A stretch of 32,000 nucleotides of DNA from an uncultured Erysipelotrichaceae bacterium. GTDB lineage: Bacteria; Bacillota_I; Bacilli_A; Erysipelotrichales; Erysipelotrichaceae. The DNA lies in NCBI GenBank assembly GCA_942493105.1, contig OW818668.1:1230001-1262000 (forward strand). Reading direction: 5' to 3'. Below the pieces are notes generated by a model. It did not search any database, was not told where the DNA came from, and saw only the letters and a list, made by a program, of their open reading frames with translations. Shown here one piece after another: positions 1-7,401 of the stretch (its first letter is position 1; every line of letters begins with the position of its first letter). Made by a program: the position numbers and the translations under genes.

Positions 1-1
1 T

Positions 2-541
2 CACAGAGGTGCTCAAAATTCTTTTGATATTTCTGCAGATCTTCAAGAATTGGCGCATACCAACGTTACCGTGGTCTGTGCAGGAGCCAAAGCCATCTTG
101 GATCTGCCTTTGACGATGGAATATCTGGAAACCTTTGGGGTTCCTGTCTTAGGTTATCAAAGCGATGAACTGGCAGCTTTCTATACCCCTAAATCAAACT
201 TAAGAGTCGACCAAAGAGTCAATACAGCCCAAGAAATCGCTCGAATCATTCAAGTTAAACGTGAATTGAAATTAGACGGAGGGGTCTTGATCAGTAATCC
301 GATCCCAAAAGAATATGCGATGGATGAACAGATCATAACCAAAGCCATTGATCAAGCGCTCAAAGAAAGTCATCAAGAAAACATCAGCGGGAAAGATGTG
401 ACCCCTTACTTATTAGCCAAAGTCAAAGCATTGACTGGTGGTGATTCACTTGAATCCAATATTGCCTTAATCAAGAATAATGCGTTGGTTGGAGCACAAA
501 TCGCTGTTGCCTTAAGCAAAGGAGTACAAGATGTACGATAA
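2..541 (+). CDS. psuG: pseudouridine-5'-phosphate glycosidase, C-terminal part (5' end lies upstream of the window)
   Basis: Frame is open back to nt 2 (HRGAQNSFDISADLQELAHTNVTVVCAGAKAILD...). Recognisable IndA/PsuG family sequence. TAA stop at 539-541. Confidence 0.85.
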   Translation, partial: HRGAQNSFDISADLQELAHTNVTVVCAGAKAILDLPLTMEYLETFGVPVLGYQSDELAAFYTPKSNLRVDQRVNTAQEIARIIQVKRELKLDGGVLISNPIPKEYAMDEQIITKAIDQALKESHQENISGKDVTPYLLAKVKALTGGDSLESNIALIKNNALVGAQIAVALSKGVQDVR

Positions 542-998
542 ATGTGTTAAATTATTACAAGAAAGAGGCGTCACTTTAGAAGATATCGCTGAATTGGTCC
601 TTTTTCTTCAAGGTAAATATCATCCGGAGATCGGTATGGAAGAAATCATGCTGACGGTCAAAGGCGTTATCGCTAAACGTGAAGTTCAACATGCGATCAT
701 GACCGGCATCTTGATTGATCAGATGGCTGAATCCAATATCCCAATGGATGAACAATTACGTCAAACCTTGATGAATGATGAATCGTTATATGGCATCGAT
801 GAAGTATTGGCTTATGGCATCTGTAATCTGTATGGTTCGATCGCATTGACCAATTATGGGTATATCGATCGTGAGAAGCCTGGAATCTTGGCTAGTATCA
901 ATGAACACGGTGCCCAATGTAATGTATTCTTAGACGATATCGTTGGGGCAATTGCGGCCAGTGCGGCCAGCAAAATAGCCCATACCCATGGAAAGTAA
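531..998 (+). CDS. phosphatidylglycerophosphatase A family protein (B. subtilis YutG-like)
   Basis: SD AAAGGAG 6 nt before the ATG, which overlaps the psuG stop by 11 nt. Collinear by eye with remembered YutG (LLQERGVTLEDIAELV..., YGSIALTNYGYID, FLDDIVGAIAA). Confidence 0.75.
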   Translation: MYDKCVKLLQERGVTLEDIAELVLFLQGKYHPEIGMEEIMLTVKGVIAKREVQHAIMTGILIDQMAESNIPMDEQLRQTLMNDESLYGIDEVLAYGICNLYGSIALTNYGYIDREKPGILASINEHGAQCNVFLDDIVGAIAASAASKIAHTHGK

Positions 999-1007
999 GG
1001 TAAACCT

Positions 1008-1490
1008 ATGAAAAAAATATTACTTTTAATCTCAGTCTTGGCATTAGTATTGGTGGGCTGTTCAGATGGGATCCCAGAAAAGATCAAAGATAAAGCCCCA
1101 AACTTAGATAAGATCACCCAAGTCAAACCCAGTTACATCGTAGAGTTGATTGAAAACAAAGCCAGTTTTGTGTTCTATTTTGGTAGTTCTGTGTGTGGTG
1201 CTTGCCAATATATGAAGAATGTCAACAATGAAGTCGTTGAACGCAAAAGCCTTCCGATCTACTATATCGAAATGGATAAAACATCCGATAAGCAATTGAA
1301 TTTGATTTATAAATACGTGGTTAAACCACAAGCGACTCCGACCTATGTGATCGTCTTAAACGGGGTCGTCAAAGAATCCTTTACCCCTGAAATCATTGTT
1401 GGAGATGATACTGGTTTCGTCGATGAACATTTTGATTTGTATGTCGTTAATTTGATCGCGGTCCTTAAAGCTAAAGGTTTAATGAATTGA
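1008..1490 (+). CDS. thioredoxin-fold lipoprotein (Bta-like), CGAC redox motif
   Basis: Signal peptide with lipobox LVGC. FYFGSSVCGACQYM contains a CxxC motif. SD AAGG upstream. Confidence 0.6.
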   Translation: MKKILLLISVLALVLVGCSDGIPEKIKDKAPNLDKITQVKPSYIVELIENKASFVFYFGSSVCGACQYMKNVNNEVVERKSLPIYYIEMDKTSDKQLNLIYKYVVKPQATPTYVIVLNGVVKESFTPEIIVGDDTGFVDEHFDLYVVNLIAVLKAKGLMN

Positions 1491-1491
1491 T

Positions 1492-2265
1492 ATGTTGCCT
1501 GTGACCCTTGAAAGCGCAAGTGCTGCCTTTAGATCTTTAGGTTTAAAAGGCGGTGAAATTGTTGAACTTCATGGCTCACTAAAAGCCATTGGTTTGGTGT
1601 CCGGAGGACCCAATACCATATGTGATGCCTTACTCAAGGTGCTTTCCTATGAAGGCACTTTGATTATGTCTGCTCAATATTCAACCAACAGTGATCCTGC
1701 CCATTGGGAACACCCACCGGTCGATATCGAAGCCTTTAAGGCCATTCGCGAATCGCATCCCCCATATACCGGTAAATCGACTTATCTGGCTTGGATGGGA
1801 TCTTTGGCGCAAACTTTGCAGCTCAAAGATCAAACTGAATTCTCAGATCATCCCAGTATGGCAGTCATGGCCTATGGGAAACAAGCGAAATGGCTGACGA
1901 TGGATGCCCCACTGACTCCTGCATTTGGTTTAGATTCTCCTTATCATAAAGCCATACAACTTAAGGCCAAGGTTTTATTGATTGGGGTAGATTATGATCG
2001 CTTGAGTGGAATGCATGTGGCTGAAGCTTTATCGAAAAAAAGACCTTATACAGTAGAGTCGGCCACGATCGTTCAAAATGGCCAAAATAAACGCATCAAA
2101 TTTCTTGATTATGATTATGACTCAGATGTGTTTAAAGAAATTGGAACTGAATTTGAAAAGACACATCAAGTCCCTTTAGTAAAACTAGGCAATGCGATGT
2201 GTAAACTGATTGACTTGAATACCCTGCATGAGTTTACCTTAACTTATTTCAAGGAGCACTTATGA
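1492..2265 (+). CDS. aminoglycoside N3-acetyltransferase (AAC(3)/YokD) family protein
   Basis: LGLKGGEIVELHGSLKAIG..GGPNTICDALLKVL..EGTLIMSA and LLIGVDYD..SGMHVAEA are collinear with remembered YokD. Starts 1 nt after the upstream stop. Confidence 0.8.
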   Translation: MLPVTLESASAAFRSLGLKGGEIVELHGSLKAIGLVSGGPNTICDALLKVLSYEGTLIMSAQYSTNSDPAHWEHPPVDIEAFKAIRESHPPYTGKSTYLAWMGSLAQTLQLKDQTEFSDHPSMAVMAYGKQAKWLTMDAPLTPAFGLDSPYHKAIQLKAKVLLIGVDYDRLSGMHVAEALSKKRPYTVESATIVQNGQNKRIKFLDYDYDSDVFKEIGTEFEKTHQVPLVKLGNAMCKLIDLNTLHEFTLTYFKEHL

Positions 2266-2705
2266 AACAAAGCGTAAAATTCTTAGATCGATATTTGACG
2301 GTAAGCGGAGATGATCGTGTCATCACTTTCTTAGATATCACAGAGACTGATGAAAGTGAAGGCATTCCTACTGGAGAAATGCTTAAAGCGGTTAAACAAC
2401 TTCAAAGATATGCCTCGGGTGAAAAGATCAACTTTGATTTAAACTTGGATCCTCAAGGCACTGCTTTTCAAAAAAGCGTTTGGAAAGCCATGTGTGAAAT
2501 TCCATATGGTGAAACCAGGACTTATGGTGATCTTGCGAAAGCCATTGGTCATCCTAAGGCATTTAGAGCTGTAGGTGGAGCTTGTAACAGAAATCCCATA
2601 TCTATCGTTCAACCATGTCACAGAGTCGTAGGAGTCAAAGGATTGACTGGATTCTTTGGTGGACTTGATTTAAAAGAAAAGCTATTGAATTTTGAGAAAA
2701 GATAA
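2262..2705 (+). CDS. ogt: methylated-DNA--protein-cysteine methyltransferase
   Basis: IPYGETRTYGDLA...AVGGACNRNPISIVQPCHRVVG carries the PCHR active site. SD AAGGAG. 4-nt ATGA overlap with the upstream gene. Confidence 0.9.
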   Translation: MKQSVKFLDRYLTVSGDDRVITFLDITETDESEGIPTGEMLKAVKQLQRYASGEKINFDLNLDPQGTAFQKSVWKAMCEIPYGETRTYGDLAKAIGHPKAFRAVGGACNRNPISIVQPCHRVVGVKGLTGFFGGLDLKEKLLNFEKR

Positions 2706-2726
2706 AGACACTTAGTGTCTTTTTTT
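2704..2726 (+). terminator. intrinsic terminator after ogt
   Basis: AAAGACAC-tta-GTGTCTTT hairpin followed by a T-run. Confidence 0.75.
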
Positions 2727-2740
2727 GTGAATCTTAAGCA

Positions 2741-2749
2741 TGATATAAT
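2741..2749 (+). promoter_or_regulatory. extended -10 promoter (TGaTATAAT) of the APH-family gene
   Basis: TGATATAAT ends 9 nt before ATG 2759. The interval aaacaagcc has no SD. Confidence 0.55.
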
Positions 2750-2758
2750 AAACAAGCC

Positions 2759-3637
2759 ATGAACAACTTTCAAAAGATAAAGAAGATCCCGCTTAAAAAA
2801 GGTTGGTCCAACGATCAAAAAACCATACTGAAATCAAAAGATTCAACTGTTCTTTTACGCGTGATGGAACCTTCAAAATATCAACGTAAGATTCAAGAAA
2901 TCGAGTATTTAAGTACCCTTGATTGTTTTCCTAACCAATTTAGTCAACCCTTAAGTGTGGAAATGATCAAAGGCAAGACTCATTTTGTAACCTCATATAT
3001 TGAAGGCACGGATCTTTTTGAGACACTTTCTTCATTGCCCATTGATCAACAAATCCATTTAGGTCATCAAGCAGGGCATGCCTTAAAACAGATCCATACT
3101 CAAATCAAAGTTGAAGATGATGGGTTTTGGGAAAAAAGATACAAACTAAAAATTGAAAAGAAACTGAAATCTTATCGTCAATGCGGGATCAATTTTGAAC
3201 ATGATGAGATCTTGATTCAACGCATCCATGAATTGATCCCTTACTTAAAAGATCGACCTCAAGTCTTTCAACACGGAGATTATCATGTGGGGAATTTTGT
3301 GGTCGATCAAAATGGAAATCTTGGGATCTTAGATTTTGATCGTTGGGACATAGGCGATCCTTGGGAAGAGTTCAATCGCATCACTTGGTGTCGCGAAAAA
3401 AGTACCTTATTTTCATCGGCTATGATCGAAGCTTATTTTGATTTTCAAATGCCTCAGCATTTCTTTGAATTGATGTTTCTATATGTAGCGGTCAATGCGA
3501 TTGGATCATTGTCTTGGGCACAAGATTTTGGTCAGGATGAGGTGGATGTTGCCTTACATTTGATTAAACAATTTGATCAAGATACACAGCATTTCTCAAA
3601 AATAAAGCCCAGTTGGTTTAAACCAACTAGGCCTTGA
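2759..3637 (+). CDS. aminoglycoside/choline-kinase-type phosphotransferase (APH) family protein
   Basis: HGDYHVGNFVV....GILDFDRWDIGDPWEEF matches the Brenner HxDxxxxN motif and the DFD motif. Confidence 0.75.
   Translation: MNNFQKIKKIPLKKGWSNDQKTILKSKDSTVLLRVMEPSKYQRKIQEIEYLSTLDCFPNQFSQPLSVEMIKGKTHFVTSYIEGTDLFETLSSLPIDQQIHLGHQAGHALKQIHTQIKVEDDGFWEKRYKLKIEKKLKSYRQCGINFEHDEILIQRIHELIPYLKDRPQVFQHGDYHVGNFVVDQNGNLGILDFDRWDIGDPWEEFNRITWCREKSTLFSSAMIEAYFDFQMPQHFFELMFLYVAVNAIGSLSWAQDFGQDEVDVALHLIKQFDQDTQHFSKIKPSWFKPTRP
3596..3628 (-). terminator. probable terminator of the DUF438 gene, embedded in the 3' coding end of the convergent APH gene
   Basis: Perfect 18-bp palindrome AGTTGGTTTAAACCAACT (3611-3628). 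On the minus strand it is followed by GGGCTTTATTTTT. Confidence 0.45.
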
Positions 3638-3639
3638 AT

Positions 3640-4797
3640 TTAATCGGCTAAGCGTTTTTCTCCGTTTATGTTTTGAATGTCTTTGATGTCTTGAGTAACT
3701 TCTAAACAACCTAAGTAAGTACCTTGTTCATCACGAACCGCATAATAGCGAATCAAAGCAAACCTACCTTTGAATTGGATCCAGAAATCTTCGTGATCCT
3801 TTTTTCCACTTTCAAGGTCAGATACGATTTTCATGACGATATGGACTGATTGCGGGGGATGACATAATTGAATAGGTCTGCCGATGACGGACAATGGTCG
3901 ATCAAAGATACGTTCTTTACCTTGTGAGACAAACTTTACTTTTTGATCGGCTCCAACAAAGGTCAAATCGAAAGGTAAAGTATTGAATAATGCGTTGATT
4001 TCAGTTGGGCTCAATTGACCAGCACTCATTTGGATTTTTTCAGAGTGATCAGTTTGGGTGTTGGTTTCTTGTGAATACATCGTATTTTGGTCACTTTGGT
4101 CTTGGAAACTGACGGCCACCAATTTAAGATCTTCTTGAGTCATCAAATCTCTAAGCATCGGAAACAAGATGTTGTTTTCTTTGGTGATCATATCTTTGAT
4201 CATCTTCAAGACAGACATCAATGTTTCATGAAGCGTTGCTCTATTTTCATTTTGAATCAATTGGTGATTTAAAAGACGCAATTCATCACGGATCTTATTG
4301 TCTACACCCCACATGACTTGAGGAACGGTTGTGTTTCCGTTTTTCTCCAGGATTGGAAATAATACATTTTCTTTTTTGGCATAATGAACTTCGACTTTAG
4401 ATAAGTTGAGGGTTGTTTCTTTGATGAGGGTGATCAATTGTTCATCCGATCTCAGGTTTTCGATTGAACGATCAAACTCATTGATCATTTGTAGAAAGTG
4501 CTTATTTTCAGCTTCAAATTCTGTTATGGGATTTATGGTTAAAACATCTTGATGCAGATCTTGAACAGAACCTTGGAATAGGCTCGCATGGACATCACAT
4601 AAGGATTGAATCTCTTCGATGGATACACCTTCTTCAACCAGCTTATACTCCATCTGGGCAATCTCTGCGCCTGTGACAGAGGCAAAATCGCGTTTGAATT
4701 CGATTTCGATTTGGGACCGATCTTCTCCCTGATGCAGACGTTTGATCAAATTCTTTAGCTTTTCTAGACGTTGACTGTTGTTGATGATTTCACTCAT
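3640..4797 (-). CDS. DUF438 / hemerythrin (HHE) / C-terminal PAS domain protein, function unknown
   Basis: The N-terminal KRLHQGED...AQMEYKLVEEG..IEEIQSLCDVHASLF resembles DUF438. The central helical H/E-rich region resembles hemerythrin. The C-terminal LPFDLTFVGADQKVKF....CHPPQS resembles a PAS domain. I place the start at ATG 4797 (SD AAGGAGG 8 nt upstream) rather than the TTG at 4827 in the ORF track. Confidence 0.75.
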   Translation of the reverse strand: MSEIINNSQRLEKLKNLIKRLHQGEDRSQIEIEFKRDFASVTGAEIAQMEYKLVEEGVSIEEIQSLCDVHASLFQGSVQDLHQDVLTINPITEFEAENKHFLQMINEFDRSIENLRSDEQLITLIKETTLNLSKVEVHYAKKENVLFPILEKNGNTTVPQVMWGVDNKIRDELRLLNHQLIQNENRATLHETLMSVLKMIKDMITKENNILFPMLRDLMTQEDLKLVAVSFQDQSDQNTMYSQETNTQTDHSEKIQMSAGQLSPTEINALFNTLPFDLTFVGADQKVKFVSQGKERIFDRPLSVIGRPIQLCHPPQSVHIVMKIVSDLESGKKDHEDFWIQFKGRFALIRYYAVRDEQGTYLGCLEVTQDIKDIQNINGEKRLAD

Positions 4798-4840
4798 AAG
4801 TTCATCCTCCTTGTTCAGTGTAACCAAAATATATACAAAA

Positions 4841-4862
4841 AAATGTGATGTAAATCACATTT
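4841..4862. promoter_or_regulatory. CRP/FNR-family operator, AAATGTGAT-GTAA-ATCACATTT
   Basis: Perfect 9+9 inverted repeat with a TGTGA-N6-TCACA core. It lies between the crp/fnr-like stop codon and the DUF438 gene start. Confidence 0.7.
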
Positions 4863-5533
4863 TAAGGTAAAAGTATTTCCTTATGCGCTAATAGTCTTAT
4901 TTTCCCTTCAAGATCCATTTTCTTTAAGGTTCTTGAGATGGCTTCTCGACTGGATCCTAAGCGACTGGCTATTTCTTCTTGACTCAAAGGAAGTCTAACG
5001 ATGCGCTCACCATTACGAATTTCTCCATAATCCAGTTCCAATGATTTTAATAGACCATATAGTCTGTTTTCTAAACGTTCAACGTGAACACTTTTGATTT
5101 CATCCTCTAGTGCTTCAATTCGATAAGATAATCCAGCCAATAATGCTAAAGATAAATCTTGATCTTGTTGAATCAAATGATGCATGATGTCAGATGGGAT
5201 CGTACAAAGACTCCCGTCTTCCACACATTCAACTGTAAACGGGGAATCTACAGGATGAAACAAACTGTTTTCACCAAAGAAATCACCAGTTCGATAAAAA
5301 TAAACAACATTTCGTTTTCCATCAATCGTATCATTATAAGCCTTAAATCGTCCTCGATTGATGAGTACAAATGAAGCTAAAGGTTCTTGCTCATGAATAA
5401 AAATCTCGCCTTTTTTAAAGGGGATCCTAATCACATTCGCAACGATCAATGCTTGTTGTTTCTCACTTAAGGTTCTGAACAAACGTATATGTGAGATACA
5501 TAGTGGTGCTTTACAAGTTAAACATGTTTCCAT
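4862..5533 (-). CDS. Crp/Fnr family transcriptional regulator with FNR-type cysteine ligands
   Basis: Contains a cNMP-like beta-roll and the C-terminal HTH EEIASRLGSSREAISRTLKKM. N-terminal C-x2-C-x4-C plus SLCTIP aligns by eye with E. coli FNR C20/C23/C29/C122. Confidence 0.85.
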   Translation of the reverse strand: METCLTCKAPLCISHIRLFRTLSEKQQALIVANVIRIPFKKGEIFIHEQEPLASFVLINRGRFKAYNDTIDGKRNVVYFYRTGDFFGENSLFHPVDSPFTVECVEDGSLCTIPSDIMHHLIQQDQDLSLALLAGLSYRIEALEDEIKSVHVERLENRLYGLLKSLELDYGEIRNGERIVRLPLSQEEIASRLGSSREAISRTLKKMDLEGKIRLLAHKEILLP

Positions 5534-5539
5534 GGCTTT

Positions 5540-5548
5540 ACTTTAACA
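5540..5548 (-). promoter_or_regulatory. extended -10 (TGtTAAAGT) 6 nt upstream of the crp/fnr-like ATG
   Basis: The minus strand reads TTGCAC-17nt-(TGt)TAAAGT-aaagcc-ATG. There is no SD. Confidence 0.4.
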
Positions 5549-5613
5549 TGGACATCTCTTAGGTGCAAATGATGTGTTTAGAAGCAATATAACTCAATCT
5601 TTTCTTTGTAGGT

Positions 5614-6231
5614 TTAATTTCTAAAATCCCAGTCAGCATCCAATGCACCTGAAACACCATAGTGATCATTCAGAAAGGACTGTCTACGAGTTCTGCCTTC
5701 TTCACTGAGTTGTGTATCTAGGTCTATAGTGGCAAATAGGGATTGAGTACTTGATATTTCTTTGACTAAAACCAAGAGGCTTGTTTCAACGGTAGATTTA
5801 GGAAGTACTGAAAAGACAACGATCATTTCAAGTTCAGTTGAACTTTGATACATCAATCCAATTCTGCCATTTAAAACACTTGCCCCATCTTCATCCAAAT
5901 CTAAAAGATCAACGACCTTGATATAATCGGGTACTGTTTTATTGAAATGCAAGGATGTGCTCGTGGAAAGAAACATACATTTCGTATGATTGGTTTCAAT
6001 CACAGAACACTTTGCATTGATTCTCTGTGGACCAGCAGCATTGATTTCATCCAATTGATCTTGTGCTGCCTTTAATTGCAATTGAACTTGAATCAAATCT
6101 GTATTTGCTTTTGATAGTTGGGATGTTAAACTTTGGACTTGCTTTTCTAAATCATCAACTTTTGTTGATGAACATGAACTCAGCATTAATACACATAAGA
6201 AAATTAGGATAAGCGTGACGATTTTCTTCAT
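5614..6231 (-). CDS. lipoprotein with N-terminal coiled coil, function unknown
   Basis: MKKIVTLILIFLCVLMLSSCSS carries a lipobox. Start moved to ATG 6231 (SD GGAG 9 nt upstream) instead of the TTG at 6258. Confidence 0.6.
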   Translation of the reverse strand: MKKIVTLILIFLCVLMLSSCSSTKVDDLEKQVQSLTSQLSKANTDLIQVQLQLKAAQDQLDEINAAGPQRINAKCSVIETNHTKCMFLSTSTSLHFNKTVPDYIKVVDLLDLDEDGASVLNGRIGLMYQSSTELEMIVVFSVLPKSTVETSLLVLVKEISSTQSLFATIDLDTQLSEEGRTRRQSFLNDHYGVSGALDADWDFRN

Positions 6232-6312
6232 TTCTTTAATCTCCTTTTTGTGAAACAAAACAAAAAAACGTCTTATTCATAATGGATTAAAATTGTTTCT
6301 TTTTTCTTATAA

Positions 6313-6344
6313 GGCAAAGAATCATATTTAAGATTGATTTTGCC
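6313..6344 (-). terminator. possible weak terminator downstream of uppP
   Basis: Imperfect hairpin GGCAAA(GAATC..GATT)TTTGCC. The U-tract is poor. Confidence 0.25.
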
Positions 6345-6440
6345 TAGATATGTTGAGTTCCCACCTCTTTTTCAAAATGATATTCGTTATAATAACAGTG
6401 TATGTTTTTTTTTAGCTAAATCAAGCCTAATATGACGAAA

Positions 6441-7265
6441 TTATATGACTTGAAAACTGACTAAAACTAAGATCAAAAGACCTAACACGATACGATATAA
6501 GGCAAAGGGTGTAAATTTATGTCTTCTGACATAGTTCATCAACATCTTCATGACCAATAAGGAGACTATGAAGGCAAAGATGAATCCAACCAAAAGAACA
6601 GCCCATTCCAGTAAGGTCCAAGAGAAACCTGCCTTGATGAATTTGATCGTTCCCCAACCTAATAGGACTGGAATCGATAACATAAATGAGAACTCTGCCG
6701 CAACGGTTCTGCTTAAACCTAACCATAAAGAACCGATGATGGTCGCTCCGCTTCTGGAAGTGCCAGGAATGATCGCTAAGGTTTGAAAGGCTCCGATGGC
6801 TAAAGCTTGAGGATAAGTGATGTCTTTGAGTTTGGATACTTTAACAGGAATATTTTGTTTTTCTACGAAGATGAATACAAAACCATAAATAATAAGTGTC
6901 CCAGCGATCACGATCAACATATAATCGCTCAACAAGGCATCGATTGCATCATCAAACAATAAGCCGATGATGGCTGCCGGAATCGATGCGATCACGATTT
7001 TCAACCATAGATTCAATGTGCTTTTTGTGCCCTCTGCTGTTTTACGCAAAGGATTCAAAATCTTATAAAACAAGAGTAAAACTGCCAAAACTGAACCGAT
7101 CTGAATAAAAACAATGAACAGATTGGTGAATTCTTCAGAAGAAGTCATTGGCCATAACGCATTGAAGATTTTCATGTGTCCGGTCGAAGAAATGGGCAGC
7201 CATTCGGTAATACCTTGAATGATGCCCAGAATCAAGGCTTTTAAGAGTTCAATTAGATTTTCCAT
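6441..7265 (-). CDS. uppP: undecaprenyl-diphosphate phosphatase
   Basis: GIIQGITEWLPISSTGHM and PGTSRSGATI signatures. Polytopic membrane protein. Confidence 0.95.
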   Translation of the reverse strand: MENLIELLKALILGIIQGITEWLPISSTGHMKIFNALWPMTSSEEFTNLFIVFIQIGSVLAVLLLFYKILNPLRKTAEGTKSTLNLWLKIVIASIPAAIIGLLFDDAIDALLSDYMLIVIAGTLIIYGFVFIFVEKQNIPVKVSKLKDITYPQALAIGAFQTLAIIPGTSRSGATIIGSLWLGLSRTVAAEFSFMLSIPVLLGWGTIKFIKAGFSWTLLEWAVLLVGFIFAFIVSLLVMKMLMNYVRRHKFTPFALYRIVLGLLILVLVSFQVI

Positions 7266-7271
7266 AGGATA

Positions 7272-7280
7272 ATTATACCA
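7272..7280 (-). promoter_or_regulatory. extended -10 (TGgTATAAT) 6 nt upstream of the uppP ATG
   Basis: The minus strand reads caggTGgTATAAT-tatcct-ATG. Confidence 0.5.
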
Positions 7281-7401
7281 CCTGTTCTTGTGAGAAAAGC
7301 CATTAAAGGGTATGATTATAGTGTCAAGTTTGAGTAAAACATCTTGATTTGAACAAGTTGAATCATTCAGACAAATCTATTGATGAAATAGGAGGCGCCC
7401 T

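Noticed and set aside
6350-6415. 21-codon hydrophobic ORF (MLSSHLFFKMIFVIITVYVFF) on the plus strand between uppP and the lipoprotein gene, considered as a type I toxin-like peptide.
   Set aside because: It has no SD and no convincing promoter or terminator. The Phe/Ile/Val richness is what a T-rich spacer yields by chance. It also lacks the charged tail typical of such toxins.
7344-7367. Possible FNR or Rex operator upstream of the hydrogenase gene (TTGATTTGAACAAGTTGAATCA), plus a TTGTGA half-site at 7289.
   Set aside because: It is only an imperfect repeat. It fits neither TTGAT-N4-ATCAA, nor TGTGA-N6-TCACA, nor the Rex TTGTGAA-N4-TTCACAA pattern. A single half-site is not evidence.
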